64,000 bases of DNA from a bacterium. GTDB taxonomy: Bacteria; Zhuqueibacterota; Zhuqueibacteria; Residuimicrobiales; Krinioviventaceae. The translations under genes and the position numbers were made by a program. A model generated the notes under the pieces. That model was not told the DNA's origin. It made no database searches and worked only from the letters and a program-made list of their open reading frames with translations. This document shows, in pieces, positions 7,895 to 16,848 of this stretch (within the stretch, counting starts at the first letter, position 1; each line of letters begins with the position of its first letter). The DNA is taken from positions 1,504,001 through 1,568,000 of the forward strand of contig OY843751.1 of NCBI GenBank assembly GCA_963693055.1. Direction: 5' to 3'.

Positions 7895-9334
7895 GAGTTA
7901 TTGTCAATAGTTGTGGATCAAAAAGCGTATCCATTTCATAAAAGTTAAGCTGCCAACTTAAACAATTCCTGATTTTCCGGTTCACCATTCACAAATTTTT
8001 CTCCTTTAATCACAAATGGTATCCACTTGTACCCTCTCAAACGCCGCCACCGTTTTTCCGCTTCTTTAGCCAGTTTAAAAACCATAGTCAAAGTCGCCTG
8101 ACTTGAACCGCAGCCCTTTGTTCTCCGCGTCCTGAGTCTCACTGTAGCAAAGGTAGATTCAATGGGATTCGTGGTCCGGATATGCTGCCAATGTGAATCC
8201 GGGAAATCATAAAAAGTAAAAAGTTGATCATAATCTTTTACCAGACAATTAACAACTTTGGGATACTTGTCTTCATAAATTTTGATAAATCTATGATAAG
8301 CGATTAACGCATTTTCTTTGGTCTCAGCCATATACATTTCATGAATAAGCGATTTGGCATTTGTCTGCGCACTTTTCGGTAGCTTATCCAATATGTTGGC
8401 TGTCTTGTGGACCCAGCAGCGCTGTTCACGAGACTCGGGATAAACTTGTGGCAAAGCTTTCCAAAAACCGAGGGCACCGTCTGCGATTGCCAGTTTCGGT
8501 CCCATCTCAAGTCCCTGGTCCTTTAACTCCAACAGCAGTTCTTTCCAGCTCAATTCGCTTTCTCGAAAGCCTTCTTTGACCGCCAAAAGCTCTTTTCGCC
8601 CATATTCGTCCGCTCCAATAATCACTAAAATACAAGGATTTACGCCTTTCAATCGAACATTGAAATAGACACCATCGGCCCAGATGTATACATAGTGTTT
8701 GCCGGACAGATCACGCCTGGCCCATTGCTTGTACTCTGACTCCCATTCTTCTTTCAAGCGCACAACCGTGTTGGCTGAAAGTCCTTTGACTTTATCTCCA
8801 AGTATAGCCGACAATGCAGCCGGGAAGTCCTGTGTCGAAATGCCCTTCAAATAAAGGGCAGGTATCAGGTTATTCAGGCTGGGTGTCCGTCTCAGGTATT
8901 TGGGTAGTATCTCACTTGTAAAGCCTTCTACGCCATGTTCCTGCCGTAATTTCCTGTCATCCACTCGCGGCTGCCGGATCGTTATTGGACCTGAACTGGA
9001 CAATATTGTGCGCTCCGGCATGGAACCATTGCGTACGGCCAGGCGGTGACCTTGTTCATCTCTGTGATTTTTATAGCGATCAAGGTATTCCTGAACTTCG
9101 TTTTCTATGGCTGCTGCCAATATTTGTTGCGCTCCATTTCGAATAATTTCATCCAAACTTTTATTGAATGTTGTGGTTTCTGCTTGCAGTTCTGACTTTG
9201 TTGTATTACCTTTTTTCATAGCGTGTCCTTTTTGGTTTTATCTTTTTTCTTGGTCGAAAAAAAATACTTAAAAACTATAGGATACGCTTTTTTATTTATT
9301 TTTTCAAGTCATCCACAACATTAGAATATAACTC
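7895..9334 (-). mobile_element. IS256-family insertion sequence
   Basis: 24 bp imperfect IRs GAGTTATTGTCAATAGTTGTGGAT / GAGTTATATTCTAATGTTGTGGAT; 9 bp target duplication AAATTTGAG at 7886-7894 and 9335-9343. Confidence 0.92.
7945..9219 (-). CDS. IS256-family (Mutator) transposase
   Basis: YIWADG, ADGALGFW, QRCWVHK, RTTNPIES motifs; intact 424 aa. Confidence 0.95.
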   Translation of the reverse strand: MKKGNTTKSELQAETTTFNKSLDEIIRNGAQQILAAAIENEVQEYLDRYKNHRDEQGHRLAVRNGSMPERTILSSSGPITIRQPRVDDRKLRQEHGVEGFTSEILPKYLRRTPSLNNLIPALYLKGISTQDFPAALSAILGDKVKGLSANTVVRLKEEWESEYKQWARRDLSGKHYVYIWADGVYFNVRLKGVNPCILVIIGADEYGRKELLAVKEGFRESELSWKELLLELKDQGLEMGPKLAIADGALGFWKALPQVYPESREQRCWVHKTANILDKLPKSAQTNAKSLIHEMYMAETKENALIAYHRFIKIYEDKYPKVVNCLVKDYDQLFTFYDFPDSHWQHIRTTNPIESTFATVRLRTRRTKGCGSSQATLTMVFKLAKEAEKRWRRLRGYKWIPFVIKGEKFVNGEPENQELFKLAA

Positions 9335-9428
9335 AAATTTGAGAAAAGGCCACTTTAAAATAAGTTATAGTCCGAGTTTTTTCTCCTCACCCTTCCAACA
9401 CTTGTGAGAAGGGATTCGAAAAAAAACT

Positions 9429-10421
9429 CTAAGCTGCTTTTCGTTCAAGTTGTGCCTTTTCCTTTCGTCTTTGTCGTGCTTGTTCAAGTTTCAAATCACG
9501 TTCTTTGAAAATGATTTCAGCCCGGCCACATAACATATCATACGGAGCGATATAGTTTATGCCGCTATGCAGTCGTTTATGGTTATATTCATGAACATAT
9601 TCAGCAACTATTTTTCTCGCATCCTCCAAACCCAAAAAGCTTTTAACACGAATACATTCATTTTTGATTGTCTTGTGGAATGCTTCCTGTTTTCCATTTG
9701 CTTGTGGATGATTGACCGATGTTCGTACATGTGTCAGATTGTTCAATCTCAAAAAGGATTTCAAATCGTTGGCAATGAACTGGGTGCCATTATCTGAAAT
9801 GATCCTTGGTGTCTTGTCCGGATATTTTTCCAGAGCCCGTTGAAGTACGATCTCCACATCGTATTCCTGCATATGTGTTCTGAGCTCATGGTGCACAATA
9901 AAGCGGGAATATCCGTCAAGTACAGAGATCAAAAACAGGTGTGATCCATGAAAGTTGACATAGGATATGTCCATGTGCCAGTGCTCATGAGGTTTCTTTG
10001 GCTGCACGAATCCTTTCCGTTTTACCTCTAAGGTCTTGTTATTCCAACGACTTGTCAAGCCTGCCAGACGCAATATCCTGTAGCTTGTTGACGGGCTGAC
10101 GGCAACAATGTCGTTATCCAGCATCTCATAGGTTAAACGTCTATATCCGGTTTCCATGTGATCTTTTTTGTAATCAATTATCGCCTGTTTTTCCCACGGC
10201 TCAAGCCAAAAGTCGCGCGGCGTATCGCTGTTGTGCCTATTGGGTTGTCCAAATCGTTTTTGCCAGTCATGGTACCTGGCCCACGATAATCCTGCCGCGT
10301 TGAGCAAGGTGTTAACTGGCACATGGGTTTGTGTTTTTAACCGGTCAAATGTAGTGATAATGTCATCGCGTATGTCAGGGGCTACCCAACGATCTTTCAG
10401 GGGGCCCCAAAATACTTTTTT
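9429..10421 (-). CDS. IS3-family transposase OrfB (DDE integrase core), probably expressed by -1 frameshift
   Basis: WHMDI, SDNGTQF, NGKQEAFH, YNHKRLHS; AAAAAAG slippery site at 10421-10415. Confidence 0.88.
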   Translation of the reverse strand, partial: KKVFWGPLKDRWVAPDIRDDIITTFDRLKTQTHVPVNTLLNAAGLSWARYHDWQKRFGQPNRHNSDTPRDFWLEPWEKQAIIDYKKDHMETGYRRLTYEMLDNDIVAVSPSTSYRILRLAGLTSRWNNKTLEVKRKGFVQPKKPHEHWHMDISYVNFHGSHLFLISVLDGYSRFIVHHELRTHMQEYDVEIVLQRALEKYPDKTPRIISDNGTQFIANDLKSFLRLNNLTHVRTSVNHPQANGKQEAFHKTIKNECIRVKSFLGLEDARKIVAEYVHEYNHKRLHSGINYIAPYDMLCGRAEIIFKERDLKLEQARQRRKEKAQLERKAA

Positions 10422-10702
10422 CGCAAATCAATCACCTCTGTTGACAGCTCGGTAATCACTTCCTGCATTTTGATCACTTTATGCTCAAGTTGTTCTTCTT
10501 TGCGGGTTTTATCTTTACGATTTTTATGCTGGCCGGAAAAACCATCAAGTGCGTTTTCAAAGAGTTCTTTTTTCCATCGCTGGATCACACCAGGATGAAC
10601 TTTATATTTTTCAGCTAATTCGGATATCTTGACATTATTTTCCAAATGTTCACGTAGTATCTGTACTTTGGCTTCGGCTGTAAATCGTTGTCGGGTACTC
10701 AA
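10397..10702 (-). CDS. IS3-family transposase OrfA (HTH)
   Basis: RQRFTAEAKVQIL...RWKK HTH pattern; TTG start after AGGAGG. Confidence 0.88.
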   Translation of the reverse strand: MSTRQRFTAEAKVQILREHLENNVKISELAEKYKVHPGVIQRWKKELFENALDGFSGQHKNRKDKTRKEEQLEHKVIKMQEVITELSTEVIDLRKKYFGAP

Positions 10703-10990
10703 TGGGCCTCCTTTGTTCTGTTTTATCTAATTTAATAATTTTGGCCCATTTCTCAAATTCAAAGATAAGCATTACAATATTATATACAAATAAAACCCTA
10801 TTAATTGCACTAATAACTAATAATTTTATTGGAGTATTAATAATTAATGCATTTTTAGGGGAATATACAAGAAGATTTTGATTAATAATTTAAGACAAAT
10901 GTTTTTTTGTTGTTACCAATTTTTTCATGATTGGATGTCTAATTGTTTCACACATAATGTTTAAAAATGGAAAAATTTTAGTTTAGTACA

Positions 10991-11944
10991 TTATGCTGCT
11001 TTTTGTTTGATTGTTTGCATTGCACTTTGATAATTTGTCCAGTTTTGTTTCATACGTTTCTGTTTGGCTATTTGTATCTTTTGTTTTCGGGACTTGATCA
11101 GTGAATCTGCCTTACCAGTATATTTCAGCCATGGCGGTACAAATCCTATCCCGGAATGATAGCGTTTGTGATTATAATATTCAATCTGCTCTTTGACAAG
11201 TTCGCACAGATGATTAAAATCTCTGGCATCATACGGATCTATCAACTCTCGCAATGTCCGGTGATATCGTTCGATCTCGGCGTTTTCGTTCGGACAGTGT
11301 GGATGTATAAAACGGTGTTCCATTGGGCAGTTGGCAAAGCACTTTTTGTACTCACTGCTAATATAACAGCTGCCATTATCGGATTGGATAACCTCCGGCT
11401 TTTTATTTGTTACCGCAAATGCTTCCAGGGTTGCCTCCTTAACTGTGTCACCTGTCATGCTGCTGCAAAGTTTGTAATATACAATACATCGTGAAAATAC
11501 ATCCATGTAAGACAATAGATAATAATCCCGATTTTTATACCGGACCACCATCAGATCGGTTTGCCAGACTTTATCGGGGCCTGTCAATCTGGCATGAGTA
11601 TCCCAATATTCTCGCTTTGGTCTCGGCTGGCGACGTACTAACAGATTGTTTTCTCTAAGGATGCGATACACGCTCGATGGACTCATAAAAACGATGTTTT
11701 CGTCAATCATGCGATACGCCATTTCTCTATGGTTCAGGTCCGTATGGGAAAGAGCATAAGATATGACTTTGGTCTTTTCTTCGTCAGTGATCTTGTTTAT
11801 CTGGATTTTCAACGAACCTGCTTTTCCTTTTGGAGCCGGATTGAATGAGTAAAATGAATTGAGGCTGATGCCCCATTTCCGGCATATTGATTCTTTACTC
11901 CATCCGTATTGGGCATAGCGCTCCAGCATCCCTAACAGATCCAT
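10991..11944 (-). CDS. IS3-family transposase OrfB
   Basis: WQTD, SDNGSCY, NAEIERYH, YNHKRYHS. Confidence 0.88.
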   Translation of the reverse strand: MDLLGMLERYAQYGWSKESICRKWGISLNSFYSFNPAPKGKAGSLKIQINKITDEEKTKVISYALSHTDLNHREMAYRMIDENIVFMSPSSVYRILRENNLLVRRQPRPKREYWDTHARLTGPDKVWQTDLMVVRYKNRDYYLLSYMDVFSRCIVYYKLCSSMTGDTVKEATLEAFAVTNKKPEVIQSDNGSCYISSEYKKCFANCPMEHRFIHPHCPNENAEIERYHRTLRELIDPYDARDFNHLCELVKEQIEYYNHKRYHSGIGFVPPWLKYTGKADSLIKSRKQKIQIAKQKRMKQNWTNYQSAMQTIKQKAA

Positions 11945-11976
11945 TCGCGTTGCAATATCCAGATGGCGGTAGCGCT

Positions 11977-12264
11977 TTATTTGCGCAGTTTTTTTTTGAG
12001 CTCTAACGCTTCTTCAGTAACCACCGCTATGATTTCATCCTTGCGTTTCAGATCTGCTTCCATTTGCGAAACCTTGCGTTCCTGAGCTTTGGACATCTTG
12101 TGGAATACCGAATCCGCATTCTCGATCATCTGTCTCTGCCAACCATAAAATTGAACCTCACTAATCCCTTTTTGGCGACAATAGGCGGCAATCCCGTCTG
12201 GTGACTTGAGACCTTCTAACACTGTGCGGACCTTGAACTCTGATGTATACTTTTGTTTTGGCAT
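11977..12264 (-). CDS. IS3-family transposase OrfA
   Basis: KYTSEFKVRTV HTH pattern; A9 run near the 3' end is a likely frameshift site; start at MPKQ after AAGGAG. Confidence 0.85.
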   Translation of the reverse strand: MPKQKYTSEFKVRTVLEGLKSPDGIAAYCRQKGISEVQFYGWQRQMIENADSVFHKMSKAQERKVSQMEADLKRKDEIIAVVTEEALELKKKLRK

Positions 12265-12642
12265 GGATTTTTTGCTCCTTTCTTTTACAAGATAATAATC
12301 CATGCACTAAACTAAAAATATTTTATTCTTAAACTTTATACGGAAACACTACGGATGTGAATTGATTTCTATACTTGATTCGAACTATTTTTAATAAAGA
12401 TTAATATATAACATTATAATTTATGTAATTCATAGATTGGATTTTTATTCTCTAATTTTGTCATTTGAATTTGTGAGTTTATATCAGATCCCTCCATTGG
12501 TTGATCTTTTTTTTAGTTATACTAATTTTGACGGAAGATGTATAATTTGAAACAGACTACCTACTATTCAAATATTACATAAATTGCATGATCAGAGTGA
12601 ATTCCCTTCGCTTTGGATATTTTTATTTAATCAAATCTAATT

Positions 12643-12775
12643 AGATCAAAAAACCACCGTTTTTGAGACAAATTGAAGGCCTGGGAAACCAGGCTTTTTT
12701 TATGCAGATTAGTGTCTCAAAACCCATCTCAAAATCAAAATCTCAAAGCCTCACCCCATGAAGGTTTTTGAGATC
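12643..12775. promoter_or_regulatory. res-like recombination site, copy A
   Basis: Inverted TCTCAAAA/TTTTGAGA half-sites (CGTTTTTGAGACA; TGTCTCAAAA...TTTTTGAGA) as in resolvase res sites; homologous to 36602-36737. Confidence 0.65.
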
Positions 12776-12822
12776 CGATTCCCAACCTAAAAAAGAGCCT
12801 CCAAAGAGGCCCTGAATTCAAC

Positions 12823-13611
12823 TCAATCTTTAACACAACGCACTGAAAATCCACGAACTTTTGCGCCGCCTCCACGATCGATTACAGCATGATCATATCC
12901 GATAGTACGGCGCCACACTGAGCCGGTACCTGTTTCAGATCCTGTCCAGAAATAGACATTGTTTCCCATGTTTTCAAAAACACCATTGTCTCTATTGCGC
13001 CATCCACCAGGCAATGCTGTGAAATCATATTCATCAGTTGCAAGGTAATTCGGCTTGGTCCAATGCTCTGTACCCATTTCTTTTAACTTGCCGCCTTCAT
13101 CAGTTCCGCGAGGTCCAATGATATCCAACGCATTCGGATCCATCCCCATGAATTCTTCCAATTCTTTCCAGTCTTCATCCGTAGCTACGTGCCAGCCCTC
13201 GGGAGCGATGTTGCGACTGTCTAATACAGCGTAACCATTATATAAAGCACCGTAGACACTGAGATTCTCGATTTTGTTTTCATAAAAACAAAAAGCGGCA
13301 CTGGTCAAAGTTGGCCATTCTGCATCTTCAACTACATAGGGAAGCGCATCGCCATTTCTAAAATGAGTGACTTTGAGATTAGATGCCATCCAGACTTGAT
13401 CTCCAATTGTAACAATGGGGTAGACATTGCCATCGATGTCTGTTACTGTCGTTGGCGTTGGTTCTTCGATGGAAAAAGTGATACTCTCGATTTCAGACAT
13501 CTCAAATGTTTGGGTGGAGCCATCTATGGTGTTAATATTCATAGTTTGTGAGATTGCTATGCTGACAACACACGTGATGGCAATTAGCACAATAGCAGTT
13601 TTCTTTTTCAT
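12823..13611 (-). CDS. secreted FISUMP (Fibrobacter succinogenes major paralogous) domain protein
   Basis: Signal peptide; TDIDGNVY..VTIGDQVWMA.NL, YGALYN, PEGWHV, FTALPGGWR, GFSVRCVKD. Confidence 0.88.
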   Translation of the reverse strand: MKKKTAIVLIAITCVVSIAISQTMNINTIDGSTQTFEMSEIESITFSIEEPTPTTVTDIDGNVYPIVTIGDQVWMASNLKVTHFRNGDALPYVVEDAEWPTLTSAAFCFYENKIENLSVYGALYNGYAVLDSRNIAPEGWHVATDEDWKELEEFMGMDPNALDIIGPRGTDEGGKLKEMGTEHWTKPNYLATDEYDFTALPGGWRNRDNGVFENMGNNVYFWTGSETGTGSVWRRTIGYDHAVIDRGGGAKVRGFSVRCVKD

Positions 13612-13625
13612 TCCTTATCCTTTCT

Positions 13626-14087
13626 TTATTTGACCAGGATCATTTTTTTGGATATGATTTCATTTTCAAAGTTAACTTGATAAAAGTAGACGCCGCTTGC
13701 TACGATGTTTCCGTTTTCATCCTGTCCATTCCATGGTAACTCGTGGTTTCCTTCAGTCAGCATCCCAGAGTAGAGTGCTTTGACTAATTTCCCATTCACA
13801 TTAAAAATGGAGATCTCAGCATCGCCATTTTCTGGTAATACAAAACTGATTCTTGTACATAGATTGAAAGGATTAGGATAATTTTGTAAAAGTGTAAATT
13901 GGCTAATTACTTTCTGAGCCGTTTCGATGTGAACCGGATCAGTCATCTCCTCAAATGTCATCGTTTCAATTTCATCGAGTGGTAATATTAATGTCCCCCC
14001 ATCATTAAAATTGATAGTCATCGTATGTTCTTGGGCCCAGGAACATAGGTAAAACAGAAACAAAAAAAGCATCGATACTTTTTTCAT
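13626..14087 (-). CDS. small secreted protein with FlgD-Ig / T9SS type A-like C-terminal domain
   Basis: Signal peptide; LLQNYPNPFN...WNGQDENG..VASGVYFY...KKMILVK. Confidence 0.85.
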   Translation of the reverse strand: MKKVSMLFLFLFYLCSWAQEHTMTINFNDGGTLILPLDEIETMTFEEMTDPVHIETAQKVISQFTLLQNYPNPFNLCTRISFVLPENGDAEISIFNVNGKLVKALYSGMLTEGNHELPWNGQDENGNIVASGVYFYQVNFENEIISKKMILVK

Positions 14088-14227
14088 ATACCCTCCATTT
14101 CGTTAAGATTGGTTGATTGTGATTATCATAGTTCTTTTACCAAAAAAGTAAAGAAAAACCCTGGTTCACAGAAGCTGTCTGATACCCAGGGCATAGAAAA
14201 TCAAGAAACATAAAGGATTTATTATTC

Positions 14228-14590
14228 TTATTCTCCTTTTTTGTAATTATCTCCAAACCAGACTTTCATTTGTTCAGCAGCCTTGTCTTTATGCTCTTGT
14301 TTGATATGAATTGCTACCGTTGCTAATGCTGCTGCTATCACTCCTAAATCATCTGCATAACCAACAACGGGTGTGATGTCTGGAATGGCATCCAGAGGAA
14401 AAATAAAGTATCCTAATGCACCTACAATTACTCCCTTGGCCCACGCAGGAGTATCTGAATCTTTAAACGCATAATAGAGAAGTAACACTTTTTCAACAAG
14501 ATCTGCACCTGCTTTAAGCGCATGATGTTTAAGTTTGTCCCAAAAATTTTCTTCATTATAATGCTTTGAATACTCGTTAGAGATTTCCAT
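14228..14590 (-). CDS. YkvA/DUF1232 family membrane protein
   Basis: FWDKL...GALGYFIFPLDAIPD..PVVGYADD. Confidence 0.88.
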   Translation of the reverse strand: MEISNEYSKHYNEENFWDKLKHHALKAGADLVEKVLLLYYAFKDSDTPAWAKGVIVGALGYFIFPLDAIPDITPVVGYADDLGVIAAALATVAIHIKQEHKDKAAEQMKVWFGDNYKKGE

Positions 14591-14776
14591 CGATACGCCT
14601 CTTTTGTTATGTGTTATTGGACTATTTGTGAATTTGGATAGAATAAAATAAATGATATAAGTATCAAAATCAATAAAAATATGCACTATAGATATTATTA
14701 TGTAATTATTTAATATTTATAGTCTATGCTATTTCTCGTTCAAAATTTCTATAATATTAAAAACAATGGGTGAGAA

Positions 14777-15115
14777 ATGGATGACTTTTTAATAATGATT
14801 GGTGCCAAGATAAGGCAGGAGCGAAAAAAGCTAGGCTATTCACAAGATGCATTGGCAGATAAAGCGGGACTGCATAATACTTACATCGGAGGGATCGAAA
14901 GGGGAGAGAAGAACGCTACAGTCACCTCAATGAAGAAAATTGCTGACGCATTGGAAATGCCATTATTTCAGTTACTGAAAATAGAGACGGAAGAACCTGA
15001 TGCCGAAGACATCATCGTAATTGATGAAATAGGTGAATTTTACCGGTCGCAAAATGCGGAAGCTAAGAAAGTAATAAAAAGAATTGTCAAAGTTCTTGGG
15101 GAAGAAATCGGATGA
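14777..15115 (+). CDS. XRE-family HTH transcriptional regulator
   Basis: SQDALADKAGLHNTYIGGIERGEKN. Confidence 0.92.
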   Translation: MDDFLIMIGAKIRQERKKLGYSQDALADKAGLHNTYIGGIERGEKNATVTSMKKIADALEMPLFQLLKIETEEPDAEDIIVIDEIGEFYRSQNAEAKKVIKRIVKVLGEEIG

Positions 15116-15161
15116 CTGATCACTTTGTTATTATTGGGGCTTACTGAACATCATATCATTC

Positions 15162-15226
15162 TTATTCATAAAATGTAAATTCTTACATTTTATGAATAAT
15201 TTTGTTTAAAAGTGTAAGGTTTTACG
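15162..15226. promoter_or_regulatory. palindromic operator-like sites upstream of the secretion operon
   Basis: Perfect 17 bp arms TTATTCATAAAATGTAA-ATTC-TTACATTTTATGAATAA, plus a second TGTAA-N4-TTACG at 15213-15226. Confidence 0.5.
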
Positions 15227-15440
15227 TTGTAATTGACACTATATTATATATGACTTGTTGAGAAAGTCCTCTTTTTGTTCATCATTTTAACCTAATATTC
15301 TAACCAATTTCACTTTTTTTGAGTGGAATGTTGATTATTTTCTGCAAAAATTAGTTCGTGTTGTAATAATTAATACCTTTCTTGAGGAAAATCTTTAAAA
15401 ATTTTTAATTTGCTTTGTTGTTAAGGAAAGTGGGTAATCG

Positions 15441-16835
15441 GTGGAAAACGAAGTAAACCAGGCAATATTAGATCAATATGATTGCATTTGTATTGAGCAA
15501 AAGGGGGCTCAAATAAAACTTGTTAGTCATATAGATCATCAACCGCAGGAACTGGAAGAACTTGAATTCTTGTTGAATACGTCTGTGATGTTTAACAGAA
15601 TTTCCAAAGAAGAATTTGTTGAGATCCAGAAAATAAATGGTATCAACAGCAGTTCAATTAAAACCCAACCTACAGAAAAATCTCATGTCATAGATGAAAG
15701 CAGCGAGAACACGATTCAATTTGTCGATGATATTATTTATCAGGCAATCAGCGACAAAGCTAGCGATATTCATTTTGAACCCTATGAAACTTTTTTTCGG
15801 ATACGATACCGTATAGATGGTGTCTTGTTGGAAGTAAAAAAAATTGACAATCAGCAAAAAAACTCTATCATTGCACGCTTAAAGATTATGGCAGAATTGG
15901 ACATAGCTGAAAAAAGACGTCCCCAGGATGGCAGAATCCGAATAAAAAAAGATTCCCAGAATATTGATATACGCGTTTCTACTTTACCTACCGATTATGG
16001 TGAAAAAGTTGTATTACGTATTCTCGACAAGTCCATCGCTACATTTGATTTGGATAAATTAGGATTAGGTGATATGGAATCACGTCTCATTGGTGATGCA
16101 ATCCAGTCGCCTTTTGGGATTATATTGGTGACAGGGCCCACCGGTAGCGGTAAAAGTACTACACTCTATTCTGTATTAAAAGAACTCAATGATCCGGGAT
16201 ATAACATCGTTACGATAGAAGATCCCATCGAGTATAACGTTGAAGGAATCAATCAATCTCATGTGCGCTCAGATATTGGATACACTTTTGCAAGCGCATT
16301 ACGTAGCTTTCTAAGACAGGATCCAGATGTAATCATGGTAGGAGAGATCCGGGACCCTGAAACAGCAGAAATGGCGGTTCGTGCATCATTAACCGGGCAC
16401 CTGGTATTAAGTACAATCCATACCAATGATGCACCGAGCACCATTACCCGTTTGATCGATATGGGCATTGAACCGTTTCTGATTGCTGGATCAATAAAGC
16501 TGGTTATTGCACAGCGACTTGTTCGGATTTTGTGCAACCAATGTAAAGAACTAGTAACAGATGAACAATTAACGTTTAGAAATATTAAAATGCATTATGT
16601 ACCGAGGGGGTGTCCCTCTTGCAGGGATACAGGATACCGGGGACGCAGGGCGTTGTTTGAGATACTGGATATAACGCAAGACATCGGGGAGATGATTGCA
16701 AAACGTGCCAGTACAACAAAGATTCGTGAGATGGCTAAAGAAAACGGAATGATATCACTGCGTGAACAAGGAGTTAAGTTAATTGAGGATGGAGTTACGT
16801 CCATTTCGGAGATAATCCGGGAAACCAGTCTATAA
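15441..16835 (+). CDS. gspE: GspE/PilB-family assembly ATPase
   Basis: ASDIHFEP, PQDGR, Walker A GPTGSGKST, EDPIE, LRQDPD..VGEIRD, GHLVLSTIHTN, two CxxC. Confidence 0.93.
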   Translation: MENEVNQAILDQYDCICIEQKGAQIKLVSHIDHQPQELEELEFLLNTSVMFNRISKEEFVEIQKINGINSSSIKTQPTEKSHVIDESSENTIQFVDDIIYQAISDKASDIHFEPYETFFRIRYRIDGVLLEVKKIDNQQKNSIIARLKIMAELDIAEKRRPQDGRIRIKKDSQNIDIRVSTLPTDYGEKVVLRILDKSIATFDLDKLGLGDMESRLIGDAIQSPFGIILVTGPTGSGKSTTLYSVLKELNDPGYNIVTIEDPIEYNVEGINQSHVRSDIGYTFASALRSFLRQDPDVIMVGEIRDPETAEMAVRASLTGHLVLSTIHTNDAPSTITRLIDMGIEPFLIAGSIKLVIAQRLVRILCNQCKELVTDEQLTFRNIKMHYVPRGCPSCRDTGYRGRRALFEILDITQDIGEMIAKRASTTKIREMAKENGMISLREQGVKLIEDGVTSISEIIRETSL

Positions 16836-16848
16836 TGTGAGGTAAATT

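Larger units (their letters stand above)
7870..10776 (-). mobile_element. IS3-family element, one terminal IR interrupted by IS256
   Basis: Ends TGTAATG...CATTACA. With IS256 removed, the left end TGTAATGGTTCAAGGAAAATTTGAGAAAAGGCCA resembles the reverse complement of the right end TGTAATGCTTATCTTTGAATTTGAGAAATGGGCCA. orfA/orfB inside. Confidence 0.8.
10944..12348 (-). mobile_element. second IS3-family element
   Basis: ~48 bp imperfect IRs TGTTTC...TTTTAGTTTAGT(A/G)CAT at both ends; GGATGT occurs a few bp outside both ends (possible target duplication); exact ends uncertain. Confidence 0.72.

Noticed and set aside
9411-9420. GGATTCGAA as the missing tRNA T-arm
   Set aside because: Lies within the IS3 end, and the flanks do not form tRNA stems.
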